DNA of 64,000 bases from Bacillus subtilis subsp. subtilis str. 168 (GTDB lineage: Bacteria; Bacillota; Bacilli; Bacillales; Bacillaceae). Both the position numbers and the translations under genes were made by a program. The stretch is taken from assembly GCF_000009045.1 (NCBI RefSeq), contig NC_000964.3, forward strand, positions 62,001 to 126,000. Reading direction: 5' to 3'. The notes beneath the pieces were generated by a model that saw nothing but the letters and a program-made list of their open reading frames with translations, was not told where the DNA came from and did no database searches. Positions 1 to 8,537 of the stretch are shown here, piece after piece; position 1 is the first letter of the stretch, and the number at the start of each line of letters is the position of its first letter.

Positions 1-1963
1 CAACGGCATTCATAAAGACTATTTAAATATACATTATCAGGGCAGTGACAAGCTTTACGTCCCTGTAGAACAAATTGATCAGGTCCAAAAATATGTTGGC
101 TCCGAAGGAAAAGAGCCAAAGCTGTATAAATTAGGCGGAAGTGAATGGAAGCGGGTCAAGAAAAAAGTAGAGACATCCGTTCAGGATATTGCTGATGACT
201 TAATTAAGCTGTATGCCGAAAGAGAAGCGAGCAAGGGCTATGCGTTTTCTCCTGACCATGAGATGCAGCGTGAATTCGAATCGGCTTTCCCTTATCAAGA
301 GACTGAGGATCAGCTCCGTTCTATTCACGAAATCAAAAAAGACATGGAAAGAGAACGTCCGATGGACCGCTTGCTGTGCGGAGATGTGGGCTACGGTAAA
401 ACAGAGGTTGCCATACGTGCCGCGTTTAAGGCGATCGGTGACGGAAAGCAGGTAGCTCTGCTCGTTCCGACAACCATTTTGGCACAGCAGCACTATGAAA
501 CCATAAAAGAGCGCTTCCAGGACTATCCGATTAATATCGGCCTTCTCAGCAGGTTCAGAACGAGAAAAGAAGCAAACGAAACAATCAAAGGGCTGAAAAA
601 TGGAACGGTTGATATCGTCATCGGGACGCATCGGCTGCTATCAAAGGATGTCGTGTATAAAGACTTAGGGCTCCTCATCATTGATGAAGAGCAGCGTTTC
701 GGTGTAACCCATAAAGAAAAGATCAAGCAAATAAAAGCCAATGTTGATGTATTAACGTTAACAGCAACGCCGATTCCGCGTACGCTGCATATGTCTATGC
801 TTGGCGTAAGGGACCTTTCAGTCATCGAGACTCCGCCGGAAAATCGCTTCCCCGTACAGACGTATGTTGTGGAATATAACGGCGCTCTTGTCAGAGAGGC
901 GATTGAACGTGAGCTTGCACGCGGAGGCCAGGTCTATTTCTTGTACAACCGGGTAGAGGACATTGAGCGGAAAGCGGATGAAATTTCAATGCTAGTCCCT
1001 GACGCGAAGGTAGCATATGCGCATGGGAAAATGACAGAAAATGAATTAGAAACCGTTATGCTAAGCTTCCTTGAAGGAGAATCAGACGTTCTCGTCAGCA
1101 CAACCATTATCGAAACTGGCGTGGACATCCCAAACGTCAATACGCTGATCGTATTTGACGCCGACAAGATGGGACTTTCTCAGCTTTACCAGCTGCGGGG
1201 GCGTGTCGGCCGTTCTAACCGTGTGGCGTATGCGTACTTCACGTATCGCCGGGATAAAGTGCTGACAGAAGTGGCTGAAAAAAGGCTGCAGGCTATTAAA
1301 GAATTCACAGAGTTAGGTTCCGGTTTTAAAATCGCAATGCGTGACTTAACGATTCGCGGAGCCGGGAATCTTCTTGGTGCCCAGCAGCATGGCTTCATCG
1401 ATTCGGTCGGATTTGACCTCTATTCACAAATGCTGAAGGAGGCCATTGAGGAGCGTAAAGGAGACACAGCGAAGACAGAGCAGTTTGAAACAGAAATTGA
1501 TGTCGAGCTTGATGCGTATATTCCGGAAACTTATATTCAAGACGGCAAACAGAAAATTGATATGTATAAACGCTTCAGGTCTGTGGCGACAATCGAAGAG
1601 AAGAATGAGCTTCAAGATGAAATGATCGACCGCTTTGGAAACTATCCAAAAGAAGTCGAATACTTGTTTACTGTTGCAGAAATGAAAGTCTATGCGAGAC
1701 AGGAACGTGTCGAGCTGATTAAGCAGGATAAAGATGCTGTCAGATTGACGATTTCTGAAGAAGCAAGTGCTGAAATTGACGGGCAGAAGCTGTTTGAGCT
1801 TGGCAATCAATATGGCAGACAAATCGGACTGGGAATGGAAGGGAAAAAACTCAAAATCTCCATACAGACGAAAGGCCGTAGTGCTGATGAATGGCTCGAC
1901 ACCGTGCTGGGCATGCTGAAGGGCTTAAAAGATGTGAAAAAGCAAACCATTTCATCAACGTAA
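1..1963 (+). CDS. mfd: Transcription-repair coupling factor Mfd (5'-truncated by window edge)
   Basis: Frame is open from base 2 (NGIHKDYL...). SF2 translocase motifs [24 protein letters not shown] and QLRGRVGR, followed by a TRCF-type C-terminus. Confidence 0.98.
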   Translation, partial: NGIHKDYLNIHYQGSDKLYVPVEQIDQVQKYVGSEGKEPKLYKLGGSEWKRVKKKVETSVQDIADDLIKLYAEREASKGYAFSPDHEMQREFESAFPYQETEDQLRSIHEIKKDMERERPMDRLLCGDVGYGKTEVAIRAAFKAIGDGKQVALLVPTTILAQQHYETIKERFQDYPINIGLLSRFRTRKEANETIKGLKNGTVDIVIGTHRLLSKDVVYKDLGLLIIDEEQRFGVTHKEKIKQIKANVDVLTLTATPIPRTLHMSMLGVRDLSVIETPPENRFPVQTYVVEYNGALVREAIERELARGGQVYFLYNRVEDIERKADEISMLVPDAKVAYAHGKMTENELETVMLSFLEGESDVLVSTTIIETGVDIPNVNTLIVFDADKMGLSQLYQLRGRVGRSNRVAYAYFTYRRDKVLTEVAEKRLQAIKEFTELGSGFKIAMRDLTIRGAGNLLGAQQHGFIDSVGFDLYSQMLKEAIEERKGDTAKTEQFETEIDVELDAYIPETYIQDGKQKIDMYKRFRSVATIEEKNELQDEMIDRFGNYPKEVEYLFTVAEMKVYARQERVELIKQDKDAVRLTISEEASAEIDGQKLFELGNQYGRQIGLGMEGKKLKISIQTKGRSADEWLDTVLGMLKGLKDVKKQTISST

Positions 1964-1981
1964 ATTTTGTTACTCTCTGGT

Positions 1982-2011
1982 GTATATTACATTTGATGTG
2001 ACGGATACTAA
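1982..2011 (+). promoter_or_regulatory. Putative sigma-G promoter of spoVT
   Basis: GTATA (1982-1986), 17 nt, GATACTA (2004-2010); resembles the sigma-G consensus GHATA...CATACTA. spoVT is an established sigma-G gene. Confidence 0.55.
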
Positions 2012-2098
2012 TTTCAAGCGAGGCGGAAGGTACATAAAGTAACTGCTTTAGGTCTTTCCCACATGTATATACCATCAAATGAAAGAGAGGCACCAGAG

Positions 2099-2635
2099 AT
2101 GAAAGCAACCGGTATCGTACGTCGTATTGATGACTTAGGTCGGGTCGTGATTCCTAAAGAAATTCGAAGAACTCTGAGAATCAGGGAAGGCGATCCGCTT
2201 GAGATTTTTGTAGATCGTGACGGAGAAGTGATTTTGAAAAAGTACTCTCCGATCAGTGAGCTTGGAGACTTTGCAAAGGAGTATGCAGACGCGCTTTACG
2301 ACAGCCTCGGCCATTCAGTGCTGATTTGTGATCGTGATGTATATATTGCCGTGTCCGGCAGCTCCAAAAAAGATTACTTAAACAAGTCAATCAGCGAAAT
2401 GCTGGAAAGAACAATGGATCAGCGCAGCTCCGTGCTTGAGAGTGATGCGAAATCAGTACAGCTTGTGAATGGAATTGATGAGGACATGAATTCTTATACT
2501 GTAGGCCCAATTGTGGCGAACGGTGATCCGATAGGTGCTGTGGTGATCTTTTCAAAAGATCAGACAATGGGCGAAGTAGAGCATAAAGCCGTTGAAACAG
2601 CAGCTGGATTTTTGGCTCGTCAAATGGAACAGTAG
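2099..2635 (+). CDS. spoVT: Forespore transcriptional regulator SpoVT (AbrB-like N-domain plus GAF), 178 aa
   Basis: MKATGIVRRIDDLGRVVIPKEIRR is the AbrB/SpoVT signature. ATG at 2099 follows AGAGAGG. Confidence 0.97.
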   Translation: MKATGIVRRIDDLGRVVIPKEIRRTLRIREGDPLEIFVDRDGEVILKKYSPISELGDFAKEYADALYDSLGHSVLICDRDVYIAVSGSSKKDYLNKSISEMLERTMDQRSSVLESDAKSVQLVNGIDEDMNSYTVGPIVANGDPIGAVVIFSKDQTMGEVEHKAVETAAGFLARQMEQ

Positions 2636-2666
2636 GTCTTATTCCTTTCTTCGAAAATAGGTATGT

Positions 2667-2700
2667 AAAGAACAGCTCTCCTTGGGACGCTGTTCTTTTT
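2667..2700 (+). terminator. Intrinsic terminator after spoVT
   Basis: Stem AAAGAACAGC / GCTGTTCTTT followed by a T-run. Confidence 0.8.
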
Positions 2701-2734
2701 CATGCGTGCCGAAAAAGGAATCCAAGGGTTGGGA

Positions 2735-2745
2735 TGTGGTATAAT
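2735..2745 (+). promoter_or_regulatory. Extended -10 sigma-A promoter upstream of yabM
   Basis: TGTG-G-TATAAT; no good -35. Confidence 0.5.
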
Positions 2746-2816
2746 AACCTCGTTTTTATTTGTGCCGCGGTAATACGTGAACCGTATTGCCCCTGACGTT
2801 GGGAAGGAGCTTTTGG

Positions 2817-4415
2817 ATGGACGATTCAATAGGCGTTAAACGGCATTGGATTTGGCAGGGGGCTTTTGTTTTAATTCTGGCAGGCGTCATCACAAAAATT
2901 TTAAGCGCTGTTTACAGAGTCCCGTTTCAAAACATTGTCGGCGATGTTGGATTTTATATATATCAGCAGGTATACCCCTTTCTTGGTATTGCGGTCATGC
3001 TGTCCACATCAGGATTTCCAGTCATTATTTCAAAGCTGATGAATGATTATAGTGAAAAAAATCATCACACCATATTAAAAATATCAGCGTTGTTTTTGTC
3101 TTTAATCGGTATTTTATTATTTCTTTGTTTATATCTGGGTGCTGTTCCTATTGCACTCTTTATGGGAGATTCGCATCTAGCCGTGTTAATTCAAGTGGCC
3201 GCATACGCGTTTCTGCTTTTCCCATTTGTCGCGTTGCTAAGAGGCGGTTTTCAGGGGCGGCACGAAATGCTCCCTTCAGCCTTATCACAGATGACAGAGC
3301 AGTTTCTGCGTGTTGCGGTGCTCTTGGGTTTATCATTTTGGCTCGTGAAAAAGGGAGCCTCGCTTTATACTGCGGGAGCGGCAGCCGCTTCAGGCTCTCT
3401 TGCCGGAAGTTTGGTTGCATTGATAATACTGGGGTTTTTTTGGTTCAAAACGAAAAGAGACAACCAAACGGATAGGCAAAACGAAAATGTCATCACAACA
3501 AAAGAATTGACGAAAAAACTGCTTTTATATTCGGTCACAATTTGTGTAAGCAGTTTGCTGCTTTTGTTTATCCAGCTTGTTGATGCTTTGAATTTATATG
3601 CATTGCTTTCGGGTGGTGAGGCAAGCGAAGAAGCAAAATGCCTAAAGGGGATCTATGATCGGGGACAACCCTTGTTGCAGCTCGGTTCAGTTTTTGCCGT
3701 AAGCATTGCGACGTCACTCGTTCCGTATATTTCTATGGCTGTAAAAAACAAAGAGCTGAAGATCATGAAAGAAAAAATCACGTCATCTTTGAAACTATGC
3801 CTTGTGCTCGGTACAGGCGCATCGGCTGGGTTGATTTGCATTCTAAAGCCGGTAAATATCATGCTGTTTCAAAATGGAGAAGGGACAGGTGCGTTACAAG
3901 TATTTAGCTGCTCCATTTTGTTTGCATCCTTGGCGGTAACGGCAGCGGCAGTCTTACAGGGAGCGGGATACACAGTTTTTCCTGCGATAGCGGTGGGCGC
4001 GGGTGTTGCGGTGAAATGGGTGTTAAACACACTTTTGGTTCCGCGCTATGGGATTGAAGGCGCATCGCTTGCGACAGCGGCTTCCTTTGCGGCTGTCGCC
4101 GGCCTTAACTTGTATCAGCTTCGGCAAAAGGAATGGCTCGATAAGCTTAGAGGCGTTTTGATTCCGATTATTGGATCTGCTCTTTTGATGTCAGCTGTTT
4201 TGCTTGCGTATACGCGTCTCTGGACTTTCTTGTTTCCTGCAACAGGAAGAGGAGCGGCTGTGATTGAGAGTCTTTCTGCTGTTGCCATTGGTGGCGCGGT
4301 GTTTATTTATTGTATGATGAGATTGGGAATATTTACAGATGAAGAGCTGAACAGTGTGCCATTCGGCAGCAAGTTAAGCAAATTCATGAGAAGGAGAGAA
4401 CAAAATGGCGGGTAA
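2817..4415 (+). CDS. yabM: MurJ/SpoVB-family (MOP) polysaccharide or lipid II flippase-like membrane protein, 532 aa
   Basis: Many hydrophobic helices; ITKILSAVYRVPFQNIVGD N-terminal motif of the SpoVB/MOP family; ATG 2817 after AAGGAG. Confidence 0.9.
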   Translation: MDDSIGVKRHWIWQGAFVLILAGVITKILSAVYRVPFQNIVGDVGFYIYQQVYPFLGIAVMLSTSGFPVIISKLMNDYSEKNHHTILKISALFLSLIGILLFLCLYLGAVPIALFMGDSHLAVLIQVAAYAFLLFPFVALLRGGFQGRHEMLPSALSQMTEQFLRVAVLLGLSFWLVKKGASLYTAGAAAASGSLAGSLVALIILGFFWFKTKRDNQTDRQNENVITTKELTKKLLLYSVTICVSSLLLLFIQLVDALNLYALLSGGEASEEAKCLKGIYDRGQPLLQLGSVFAVSIATSLVPYISMAVKNKELKIMKEKITSSLKLCLVLGTGASAGLICILKPVNIMLFQNGEGTGALQVFSCSILFASLAVTAAAVLQGAGYTVFPAIAVGAGVAVKWVLNTLLVPRYGIEGASLATAASFAAVAGLNLYQLRQKEWLDKLRGVLIPIIGSALLMSAVLLAYTRLWTFLFPATGRGAAVIESLSAVAIGGAVFIYCMMRLGIFTDEELNSVPFGSKLSKFMRRREQNGG

Positions 4416-5874
4416 AATTACAGTCGTCGGACTTGGTGCCGGAGACATGGACCAATTGACAATTGGTATACACAAGCTGCTGACGAAGGCAGATACGCTG
4501 TATGTCAGAACCAAGGATCATCCTTTAATTGAGGAGCTTGAAAAAGAAACGAAGAACATCCGTTTCTTTGATGATATATATGAGAAACATGATCAGTTCG
4601 AGGCGGTATATGAAGAAATTGCAGATATCCTCTTTGAAGCGGCGCGGCGTGAGGACGTGGTTTACGCTGTGCCGGGACACCCTTTTGTCGCAGAAAAAAC
4701 AGTTCAGCTGCTGACGGAGCGGCAGGAAAAGGAAAACGTTCAAGTGAAAGTCGCGGGGGGACAAAGTTTCCTTGATGCCACATTCAATGTCTTGCAAATT
4801 GACCCGATTGAAGGTTTTCAATTTGTGGATGCCGGCACATTGTCCGCGGATGAGCTTGAGCTCAGACATCATCTGATCATATGTCAGGTTTACGACCAAA
4901 TGACGGCTTCTGAAGTCAAGCTGACATTGATGGAGAAGCTGCCTGATGATTATGAGGTCGTCATTGTGACTGCAGCAGGCAGCCGTGGCGAGGAGATCAG
5001 GACAGTGCCATTATTTGAGCTGGACCGCAATGTCGCTTTGAACAACTTAACAAGTGTGTATATTCCGCCGATTAAAGAAGAGAAGCTGCTTTATCACGAA
5101 TTCTCCACGTTCCGAAGCATCATCAGAGAGCTTCGCGGACCTAATGGATGTCCGTGGGATAAAAAGCAGACGCATCAGTCATTAAAGCAGTACATGATTG
5201 AAGAATGTTATGAGCTTCTCGAAGCTATTGACGAAGAAGACACAGACCATATGATCGAAGAGCTTGGCGACGTTTTGCTTCAGGTCTTGCTTCACGCGCA
5301 AATTGGTGAAGATGAAGGTTATTTCACAATTGATGATGTCATAAAAGGAATCAGTGAAAAAATGGTCCGAAGACATCCCCATGTGTTTAAAGATGTTAAG
5401 GTTCAGGATGAAAACGATGTTTTAGCCAATTGGGAAGATATAAAAAAGGCCGAAAAAAATACATCTGAATCATCATTACTAGACAGCGTACCGAAAACCC
5501 TTCCAGCTCTTTCGAAAGCAGCTAAATTGCAGAAAAAAGCAGCGAAGGTCGGTTTTGACTGGGAAGACGTCAGCGATATTTGGGAAAAGGTAAGTGAGGA
5601 AATGAAGGAATTTTCTTCTGAGGTTTCTGAAGCTCCTCACGAACACAATCTTAAAGCTGAGTTTGGCGACATTTTGTTCGCGCTGGTGAATGTAGCCCGC
5701 TTCTACAAAATAGAGCCAGAGGAAGCGCTGACCATGACTAATGACAAATTCCGGAGACGGTTCTCGTACATTGAGGAAACAGCGAAGGAAGAGGGAGTCG
5801 AGTTGGCTGATATGTCCCTTGAGGACATGGACAAACTGTGGAATGAAGCAAAAGAAACTGAGAGGAGATCATAG
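4405..5874 (+). CDS. yabN: Tetrapyrrole-methylase-like domain fused to tandem MazG nucleotide pyrophosphohydrolase domains
   Basis: N-terminal VVGLGAGD and YAVPGHP; MazG motifs [23 protein letters not shown] and EFGDIL. Confidence 0.92.
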   Translation: MAGKITVVGLGAGDMDQLTIGIHKLLTKADTLYVRTKDHPLIEELEKETKNIRFFDDIYEKHDQFEAVYEEIADILFEAARREDVVYAVPGHPFVAEKTVQLLTERQEKENVQVKVAGGQSFLDATFNVLQIDPIEGFQFVDAGTLSADELELRHHLIICQVYDQMTASEVKLTLMEKLPDDYEVVIVTAAGSRGEEIRTVPLFELDRNVALNNLTSVYIPPIKEEKLLYHEFSTFRSIIRELRGPNGCPWDKKQTHQSLKQYMIEECYELLEAIDEEDTDHMIEELGDVLLQVLLHAQIGEDEGYFTIDDVIKGISEKMVRRHPHVFKDVKVQDENDVLANWEDIKKAEKNTSESSLLDSVPKTLPALSKAAKLQKKAAKVGFDWEDVSDIWEKVSEEMKEFSSEVSEAPHEHNLKAEFGDILFALVNVARFYKIEPEEALTMTNDKFRRRFSYIEETAKEEGVELADMSLEDMDKLWNEAKETERRS

Positions 5875-5876
5875 AT

Positions 5877-6137
5877 ATGAGATTAGATAAATTTTTGAAA
5901 GTATCACGGCTGATCAAACGGCGTACACTAGCGAAGGAAGTAGCTGACCAAGGACGAATCTCTATTAACGGAAACCAAGCTAAAGCTAGCTCTGACGTAA
6001 AACCGGGAGATGAACTAACGGTCCGCTTCGGCCAAAAGCTTGTAACGGTTCAAGTTAATGAATTGAAAGACACGACGAAAAAAGAAGAAGCTGCAAACAT
6101 GTACACGATTCTAAAAGAAGAAAAACTCGGCGAATAG
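5877..6137 (+). CDS. yabO: S4-domain RNA-binding protein YabO (RqcP / Hsp15-like ribosome quality-control factor)
   Basis: [21 protein letters not shown]...GRISING is an S4 signature; 86 aa. Confidence 0.93.
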   Translation: MRLDKFLKVSRLIKRRTLAKEVADQGRISINGNQAKASSDVKPGDELTVRFGQKLVTVQVNELKDTTKKEEAANMYTILKEEKLGE

Positions 6138-6143
6138 GCTTGT

Positions 6144-6171
6144 TCTAAAAAAACCCCCCACCTCATACAAT
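6144..6171 (+). promoter_or_regulatory. Putative sigma-E promoter of yabP
   Basis: TCTAA, 15 nt, CATACAAT (6164-6171); the -10 matches the sigma-E consensus CATACAHT. Confidence 0.6.
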
Positions 6172-6215
6172 GCAGTAATAATGCTAAAAGTATCGAGGAT
6201 ATGGGGGCTGAATAG

Positions 6216-6518
6216 ATGAATTCATATTATGATCAAAAAGGTTCTTCGTCTGTTCCGGAACAGCATGATGTGACAATGAAAGGCCGGAAGCATTTAGATA
6301 TTTCTGGGGTTAAGCATGTGGAGAGTTTTGATAACGAAGAATTCCTGCTGGAAACGGTGATGGGAATGCTCTCCGTCAGAGGCCAAAACCTGCAGATGAA
6401 AAATCTTGATGTGGAAAAAGGGATTGTTTCGATTAAAGGCAGGGTATTTGATTTAGTGTACTTAGACGAACAACAAGGGGATAAAGCTAAAGGGTTTTTT
6501 AGCAAGTTGTTTAAATGA
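6216..6518 (+). CDS. yabP: Sporulation protein YabP
   Basis: HDVTMKGRKHLDISGVKHVESFDNEEFLLET is typical of the YabP/YqfC family; synteny. Confidence 0.93.
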   Translation: MNSYYDQKGSSSVPEQHDVTMKGRKHLDISGVKHVESFDNEEFLLETVMGMLSVRGQNLQMKNLDVEKGIVSIKGRVFDLVYLDEQQGDKAKGFFSKLFK

Positions 6519-7150
6519 CGCTGACGACACAATTCTATACAATGCTAGCGATGTCCGGTATGGGTCTCTGGCTTGGTGCTTCGCTTGATACATACCGGCT
6601 CTTTGTCATTCGTGCCAAAACAGCCAGATGGCTATTATTTATTCATGATATTCTTTTCTGGATTATGCAAGGGCTGCTTTTCTTTTATGTCTTGCTTCAT
6701 GTAAATGAGGGAGAATTCAGGATTTACATCTTTTTAGCGGTTCTGCTGGGCGTTGCGACGTATCAGAGCCTTTGCAAACGAATCTATATAAAAATACTGA
6801 AATTCGTCATTTACCTTGTTGTTTCTGTTTATCAATTCTTCAAAAAACTCATTCAGCACGTGTTATTTCGTCCTATTGTGTGGACATGCGGAGCGATCAT
6901 CTGGCTGGCGGCATTTTTATTCAAGAAAACATACAGCCTGATAGGTTTTCTCCTGCTGTGTCTATATAAAATAGTCATGGTTCTGTGTTTTCCGATCCGT
7001 TTTATCGCGAAACAATGTTTGAAACTTCTTCCTGTGAAAATGCGTCTAACTTTTAGACGTTATTTTGAAAAAGGTGCAGGATTTCTCAAAAAGAAGAAGA
7101 AACTATTGATAACCATAAGAACGACCATCACACGGTTTTTGAAGAGATGA
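6515..7150 (+). CDS. yabQ: Spore cortex membrane protein YabQ
   Basis: Hydrophobic 211 aa ORF with the GEFRIYIFLAVLLG motif; ATGA overlap with yabP. Confidence 0.92.
   Translation: MTLTTQFYTMLAMSGMGLWLGASLDTYRLFVIRAKTARWLLFIHDILFWIMQGLLFFYVLLHVNEGEFRIYIFLAVLLGVATYQSLCKRIYIKILKFVIYLVVSVYQFFKKLIQHVLFRPIVWTCGAIIWLAAFLFKKTYSLIGFLLLCLYKIVMVLCFPIRFIAKQCLKLLPVKMRLTFRRYFEKGAGFLKKKKKLLITIRTTITRFLKR
7020..7046 (+). promoter_or_regulatory. Putative sigma-M (ECF) promoter inside yabQ driving divIC
   Basis: TGAAAC-N17-CGTC, an exact ECF sigma-M-type consensus. Confidence 0.65.
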
Positions 7151-7167
7151 AAGGAGGACCGTCTGGT

Positions 7168-7545
7168 TTGAATTTTTCCAGGGAACGAACGATAACTGAA
7201 ATACAAAACGACTATAAAGAACAAGTAGAACGGCAAAATCAGCTGAAGAAACGAAGACGCAAAGGGCTGTACAGACGGTTAACTGTATTCGGCGCCCTAG
7301 TATTCCTGACGGCAATTGTGCTGGCAAGCTCTGTATGGTCCCAAACATCTTCCCTTAGTGCAAAAGAAGAAAAGAAAGAACAGCTTGAAAAAGAACTGAA
7401 AAGTTTAAAGACAAAACAAACGGATTTAAAAGAAGAAATATCCAAATTGAAGGATGAGGATTACGTCACAGAGCTTGCCAGAAGGGACTTATTCATGTCT
7501 GGAGACGGAGAAATTATCTTCAATGTGGAGAAGAAGAGCAAGTAG
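7168..7545 (+). CDS. divIC: Cell division protein DivIC (FtsB family), 125 aa, TTG start
   Basis: Basic N-terminus, one TM helix, coiled coil, and the ELARRDL motif; RBS AAGGAGG about 10 nt upstream of TTG 7168. Confidence 0.95.
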   Translation: MNFSRERTITEIQNDYKEQVERQNQLKKRRRKGLYRRLTVFGALVFLTAIVLASSVWSQTSSLSAKEEKKEQLEKELKSLKTKQTDLKEEISKLKDEDYVTELARRDLFMSGDGEIIFNVEKKSK

Positions 7546-7550
7546 CCTTG

Positions 7551-7580
7551 TTGACACTTAAATTTTTATTTAGGTATAAT
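7551..7580 (+). promoter_or_regulatory. sigma-A promoter of yabR
   Basis: TTGACA-N18-TATAAT with both hexamers perfect. Confidence 0.8.
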
Positions 7581-7625
7581 TAAGCAAACGATCTTTTTAT
7601 AAGCCTAAGGAGGAGCACTTTTTTT

Positions 7626-8012
7626 ATGTCGATTGAAGTTGGCAGCAAGTTGCAAGGGAAAATTACAGGTATTACAAATTTTGGAGCATTTGTTGAATTG
7701 CCTGGAGGCTCAACCGGTCTCGTTCACATTAGTGAGGTAGCTGATAATTATGTCAAAGACATTAACGACCACTTAAAAGTCGGCGACCAAGTTGAAGTGA
7801 AAGTCATCAACGTTGAAAAAGACGGGAAAATTGGTTTATCTATTAAAAAAGCTAAAGACCGTCCGCAAGCCAGACCTAGAAATGATTTCCGTCCGAAAGA
7901 ATCTTTTGAACAGAAAATGAATAAGTTTTTAAAAGACAGCGAAGATCGCTTGTCATCTTTAAAACGCAATACGGAATCAAAACGTGGAGGGCGCGGAGCA
8001 AGAAGAGGATAA
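7626..8012 (+). CDS. yabR: S1-domain RNA-binding protein YabR
   Basis: GKITGITNFGAFVEL...GLVHISEV S1 motif with a basic C-terminal tail. Confidence 0.93.
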   Translation: MSIEVGSKLQGKITGITNFGAFVELPGGSTGLVHISEVADNYVKDINDHLKVGDQVEVKVINVEKDGKIGLSIKKAKDRPQARPRNDFRPKESFEQKMNKFLKDSEDRLSSLKRNTESKRGGRGARRG

Positions 8013-8037
8013 CTTGCTGCTTTCTATAAAATAAATG

Positions 8038-8069
8038 AAGCATCCGTTCATCCCGACGGATGCTTTTTT
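8038..8069 (+). terminator. Intrinsic terminator after yabR
   Basis: AAGCATCCGT / ACGGATGCTT followed by a T-run. Confidence 0.85.
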
Positions 8070-8120
8070 ATTATCCTCATTCTCTTTAAGAGTCAGAAAA
8101 TTACAACATTAAAGTTTCTG

Positions 8121-8149
8121 TTGACGAAAGAGACAAACCTTTGTATTAT
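8121..8149 (+). promoter_or_regulatory. sigma-A promoter of the tRNA-Met/Glu pair
   Basis: TTGACG-N17-TATTAT. Confidence 0.7.
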
Positions 8150-8180
8150 ATAACTTGTGCTTAGAAGCACAAAACAATAT

Positions 8181-8257
8181 GGCGGTGTAGCTCAGCTGGC
8201 TAGAGCGTACGGTTCATACCCGTGAGGTCGGGGGTTCGATCCCCTCCGCCGCTACCA
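8181..8257 (+). tRNA. tRNA-Met (CAT), elongator type, CCA encoded
   Basis: Cloverleaf, anticodon CAT at 8215-8217, TTCGA T-loop; paired 1-72 position, so not the initiator. Confidence 0.93.
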
Positions 8258-8266
8258 TATTTGTTT

Positions 8267-8338
8267 GGCCCGTTGGTCAAGCGGTTAAGACACCGCCCTT
8301 TCACGGCGGTAACACGGGTTCGAATCCCGTACGGGTCA
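8267..8338 (+). tRNA. tRNA-Glu (TTC), CCA not encoded
   Basis: Cloverleaf with anticodon TTC at 8300-8302. Confidence 0.95.
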
Positions 8339-8345
8339 TCCTAAC

Positions 8346-8378
8346 AAATCGGTTTCTCTTGCAGAAGCCGATTTTTTT
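8346..8378 (+). terminator. Intrinsic terminator after the tRNAs
   Basis: AAATCGGTTTCT / AGAAGCCGATTT followed by a T-run. Confidence 0.8.
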
Positions 8379-8383
8379 CATTT

Positions 8384-8500
8384 TTAGACAACATTCCGGA
8401 AATTCTTTTCATAAACGAATATCAAGGCAGAAACCGTCGAAGATTTCTTTGGTATTGTTACCTTCTTTTGACAAAATCCTATCTGTGCTTTCGCTATAAT
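8384..8500 (+). promoter_or_regulatory. Spo0A-activated sigma-A promoter of spoIIE with 0A-box-like heptamers
   Basis: TTGACA (8468-8473) and TATAAT (8495-8500) separated by an abnormal 21 nt. 0A-like sites TTAGACA (8384), CGTCGAA (8435) and TTTGACA (8467), each one mismatch from TGNCGAA or its complement. Confidence 0.7.
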
Positions 8501-8537
8501 GACAGGCAACGAATATAACAGGTGGGAGATGAGAGGA

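Noticed and set aside
4094-4107. RacA ram-like TGTCGCCGGCCTTA in yabM
   Set aside because: It has two mismatches to TGNCGCCGGCGNCA and breaks the palindrome; it cannot be supported without a weight-matrix scan or ChIP data.
4554-4565. LexA-box-like GAAC-N4-GTTT in yabN
   Set aside because: One mismatch, poor flanks, intragenic and no nearby promoter.
6146-6159. A7-C6 homopolymer run as a slippage or phase-variation site
   Set aside because: It is intergenic and forms the spacer of the putative sigma-E promoter; the runs are too short to argue for phase variation.
8181-8257. CAT-anticodon tRNA near tilS as a possible tRNA-Ile2 (lysidine substrate)
   Set aside because: The anticodon loop ends A37-C38 and the sequence matches what I recall as the elongator tRNA-Met; proximity to tilS (4.7 kb) is not evidence.
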